From Eledone cirrhosa (Eukaryota), in contig OZ024742.1 of the NCBI GenBank assembly GCA_964016885.1, forward strand, positions 256,184,001-256,248,000: 64,000 nucleotides of DNA, read 5' to 3'. Shown piece by piece: positions 59,701 to 64,000 of the stretch. Made by a program: the position numbers and the translations under genes. Position 1 is the first letter of the stretch, and each line of letters opens with the position of its first letter. A model generated the notes under the pieces. It searched no databases and was not told where the DNA came from. It worked only from the letters and a program-made list of their open reading frames with translations.

Positions 59701-61090
59701 AAAGGGAATCATATCAACTCAAACTCAGTTGAATTAGAAGTTAAACAATCATTAAGGAACTGGAGCAGGAGCAAACATAAAAATACTGAGGTATTAATGA
59801 AGCCTCTGACATTCAACATACAAGTATGAAAAAGAAGATAAAGAAGGAATGTTACAACAGAGTACGTGCATTTCTGAGATCAAGACAACATTCACATATC
59901 AAGGTGTTAGCTATAAATTCCTTGTCAGTTCCAGATGTCACTTATAGCTTCGGTGTTTTAAACAGGAATATAAGTGAAATTAAAAGAAGTGACACCACCT
60001 TTCGTAAGTTAGCATCTTGTAATAAGATGTACCACCCGAAGCCAGATATGGATCGTCTTTACCTTCCTAGAACTCAAGGAGGCCATGGCCTGATCCAAGT
60101 TGAACTTACCGACAAGACCATCACCATTAGACTGGTCAAATAACTTGAAAAACAAACGACCGGATACTGAAACTTGTTGAAAAACATGAGAGAAGTAAAT
60201 AGCTTCAATCTATCTCGAAGGAGACCAGAACATACGCTATCGATCTCATGATTGATACCCATGCTGGACAGCCTAAAGGAACTGTTGCAACTGTACTGCT
60301 AAGCATATAACATTAATGGCAAAAGTAAAAGAGCAAGAATAATTAGCATCAAAGTGGGAGCAGAAACATCTGCATGGCAAATATCTGGCCCGTAGCAAAC
60401 AAACTAATGTTGACCAGAAGCGCACCTATCAGTTGCTACGTAGCTGAGAGCTAAAGGCAGGGAGAGAAGGTGTCAGCTTAGCTGCCAACGATTAAAGCTT
60501 ATTGACAGAAAACTACCAAGTCAATGCAATGAGGAATGGAGTGCCGATTCTGCAATGATGAGATCGAATCTGTGGACCACTTAATATCAGAATGTAAAGA
60601 GTTTGCACCAGTAGAGTATAAATCTAGACATGGCAGCGTTGGCCAATATCTACACTGGTTAATATGTCGGCTGAACATTGGTACAATCATCAGCCTGATA
60701 CTGTAACTGAAGGGGAAAAAATAACGTTTATGTAGGGCTTTCCTGTACATACTGACAGAACAATAAAAGCTAATGGACTAGATATGATTTGAAAAGACCA
60801 ATATAGCAAGGTTTGTATAGTAATTGATACTAGCATCCCATATAAACACAATGTCGCGGCAAAAGAATTTCACAAGCTAAGAAATTAAAAGGATTAGCTC
60901 ATTGAAATTGGAAAGAATTTAGCACCTCAAAACCGTTACAATAGCAGTGATTGTAGGAGCACTGGGAATAATTAAAAAAGGGACAGAACAGTATTTCAGA
61001 ATGATCCCTGGTTTATCCTCTCTGCAAGAGGTGCAAAAATGTATTTTAACTTGTAGTTCATACGTATTGAAAAGAGCACTATCTCTGTGA
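56790..61090 (+). mobile_element. Degraded R4/Dong-type (RLE) non-LTR retrotransposon; 5' limit uncertain
   Basis: TREEYKEVI; GITYLLPK..YRLINCLSTVYKL; MKFVFDKCA; AINSLSVP..YSFG; HPKPDMDRLYLPRTQGGHGL; LHGKYL; DHLISEC..YKSRH; TDRTIKAN; VIVGALG. Confidence 0.88.
57575..58354 (-). mobile_element. Non-autonomous Helitron with canonical termini
   Basis: Minus: A|TCtatatttataaaac ... hairpin cccgagcaacgccggg + taccacttCTAG|T; internal duplication and (CA)n. Confidence 0.85.
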
Positions 61091-61230
61091 GAATGATATA
61101 CATCCATGTATGTATGTGTGGATGAGTGTGTGTCTATGTGTATATGTTTGCATGTATGTCTATGTTTAGGTATATGTATATGTAGCTATGTGTGACGGTG
61201 CGCGTGTATATGTGTGTATCTAAATGAGTA

Positions 61231-61311
<81 letters not shown>

Positions 61312-61469
61312 TAAGCTGTAAATTATAATCAACTGGCTTACCTATTCATAGAGTGAGTTTATTTACCCTAGGTATCCGGCAGACACTCGTTATATAACTG
61401 AAACAATACTGAAGGAAAAGGAAAAACAATAACAGTCATAATAATAGTAATAATATGAACACTGGTTAA

Positions 61470-61895
61470 TGTCCATGTATTATCGTATGAAAATGGAGGG
61501 GAAATGGTATAAACATCACCCAGAAGCATTAGCAGGAGGCGAGAACCTAACAACACTCTGGTATTTCCCTGTGAATACTGACAGAACAATCAAGGCTGAC
61601 AGACCTGATATAATTGTGAAGGACCATAAAGAGAATTCATGTTTCTTAATTGGCATGAACTTCCCATGAGATCGTAACATCTCCTCGAAAGCTCAGTAAG
61701 TATAAAGATCTAACAATTGAAATTGAGAAAATGTGGCATATTAATGCCTCTACAAAACCAATAATAGTCACGTATATGGAATGATAACATTTTAGTGAAA
61801 AGTATTTGAACCGGATAGCTGGAAAGCCATCTTTGTAAGAAATACAAATAATAGTGCTTACTGGCCCATTCCTGAGAAGGGCATTATCAATTTTA
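61470..61895 (+). mobile_element. Second R4-type 3' fragment (RLE endonuclease)
   Basis: KWYKHHPE..LWYFPVNTDRTIKADRPDIIVKDHKENSCFLIGMNFP..KYKDLTIEIEKMW. Confidence 0.88.
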
Positions 61896-62059
61896 AAACT
61901 TCGCACAGACATTGTTTGCTGTTTGTGGTCTTGTTGCATCATTCGTATGAAAATTGATAGTAAAACGTGTGTTTTATGAAATTTTGAAACAGGTGCCAGG
62001 TTTACACCCGGCATGATATGGGAAAGAAGCATAATTCAAAGGAAGTTTCAAATGAGAAT

Positions 62060-62280
62060 AATAATAATTTCTAGTATAGGCACAAAGCCGGTAATTTGGG
62101 GGAAGGGGAAAGTCGTCTAAATCGATATCAGTGTGTTACTGGTACTTTATTTTGTCGACCCCGTAAGGATGAAAGGCAAAGTTACATCGGCGGGATTTGA
62201 AATCAGAACACAAAGGGACGTAACTCTATACCACATAGCATGGTGTCAAACGCTCTACAGATACTGCCAACCCATCTCCC
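62060..62280 (-). mobile_element. tRNA-derived SINE, longer subfamily
   Basis: Core plus tttgggggaaggggaaagtcg segment; B-box-like cgggatttgaaatc. Confidence 0.85.
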
Positions 62281-62742
62281 TAACAACAGTAACAATAATA
62301 ACTATGAAGCGAAGATGGAGGAGAAATGGAAAATTTTAATATGATATGACGCATTAACGTTATTACTTTCTGCATAATACTTTGTAGATATTTTTACCGT
62401 TAAATTAACATTTTTTCTTATTCTTATTCTTCTCTTTGTTAAAACCTCGTCTAATTTCTTTGCGGATATCTATTCATCCTCTTTCACATTTCACTGAATC
62501 TCGATGTTTCAAATTGATTGATCATATATAGAATATTGAAGTGATCAATCATAAGTAAAATTGATCTCTTATTAATGTATATTATTTTTGCGTCTTCTAC
62601 TTTTTTCATCTATCTCTCTCTCTTCTTTTCGTTTTAACTTTCCTCGTATTTAATTTCATCTGTATCTACAGCTCTCACCTGATCTCCAACTCGCTCTCTC
62701 TTTCTCTCGCTCTCTCTCTCTGTCTCTCTATTTCTCTCTCTC

Positions 62743-62855
<113 letters not shown>

Positions 62856-63336
62856 CTTTTTTTCTCTTTCTCTCAGTCTCTTGACTTTCATTTTGACTTC
62901 ATACATAATCTCTTTTTCTGTCCACACCACCTCTTCTCTCTCACGTTCTTTTACCCTATCATCTCCCCTTTCTTTCACTTCTTTATCATTTTTACTTCCC
63001 TCACACATTCTATATTTCCAACTCACCTCTGCTAAACCCCTCTCACTCCCGCTCTTCCGCTCTATCCAGCTCATATTCAACATCAACAACATTAAAGATG
63101 ATTCTTGGATACGTTCATATTGTTTAATAATACAGTAAATTCGTTTATTTCACCACTTATCAGTCGGATGATTATATAAAGTCCTATCGTTAATGATGTA
63201 GACAAAGTTGACAGGATAAGCTATATAGTAAAAGCACGCAGTATTATGAATAACATTCTTCTAAATTTTCCTTCTCATCTCTCCCACTCACATTTACAAG
63301 TATATACATATGTATAAATGCGTATGTTTTTGTTTT

Positions 63337-63373
<37 letters not shown>

Positions 63374-63494
63374 TCACTCAAACACACATACACACACACT
63401 CACACAAACACACACATACACACACACTAACACAAACACAAAAACACACACACAAACACACACAAACACACACACACACATATATAAATAGATG

Positions 63495-63745
63495 ATCGCC
63501 AGAATCAACAATTTTTCAAGAGACGGCAACTTGAATAATGGACATGATTTTTCCCTAAGAATTTATATTTTCTGTTCTGTTACCGCCCATCCTCCTATAT
63601 CTTTCTATTTCTTCTTTGATTTCTTATTCTATTTTCTGATGAAGAACTAGAGTCCAAAACATTAAAACACTTTTCTTTCTATATCAAACGTAAAATTAAT
63701 AACCTATTTCTTCGTTGTACTGAGTGGTATCCCTTTTGCATACAT
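63495..63745 (+). mobile_element. Diverged family A unit, hammerhead remnant at 63631-63668
   Basis: atttt-CTGATGA-agaactagagtcc-aaaa-catt-aaaac. Confidence 0.65.
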
Positions 63746-63792
63746 ACATACATGTATACTATATATAACTGATTTAGAGCACTCGATAGGTT

Positions 63793-63844
<52 letters not shown>

Positions 63845-63875
63845 TATAAATATATATATATATACATATATATAA

Positions 63876-63982
<107 letters not shown>

Positions 63983-64000
63983 AATATATATACATATATA

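Overview
This is a very AT-rich, microsatellite-saturated eukaryotic window with long (TA)n, (CA)n and (GA)n tracts. The SINE families and repeat landscape suggest an octopod cephalopod (inference). I find no intact host gene; most ORF-track entries are microsatellite translations. The content is transposon-derived: degraded Penelope-like elements (PLEs; RT and GIY-YIG fragments), RTE and R4-type LINE remnants, about 10 tRNA-derived SINE copies, non-autonomous Helitrons and an internally deleted mariner. The main unexpected signal, read by eye, is about 20-25 type I hammerhead ribozyme (HHR) motif instances from roughly 12 apparently distinct short repeat families. Most sit inside or beside (TA)n tracts, often as fold-back palindromes of 0.1-2.4 kb. 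Several have a U3-A8 core variant and/or a much extended stem II. One family forms a tandem dimer with an exact 420-nt HHR-to-HHR period, resembling a non-LTR retrozyme. All structures were paired manually and no database search was run; ends of degraded elements are approximate.
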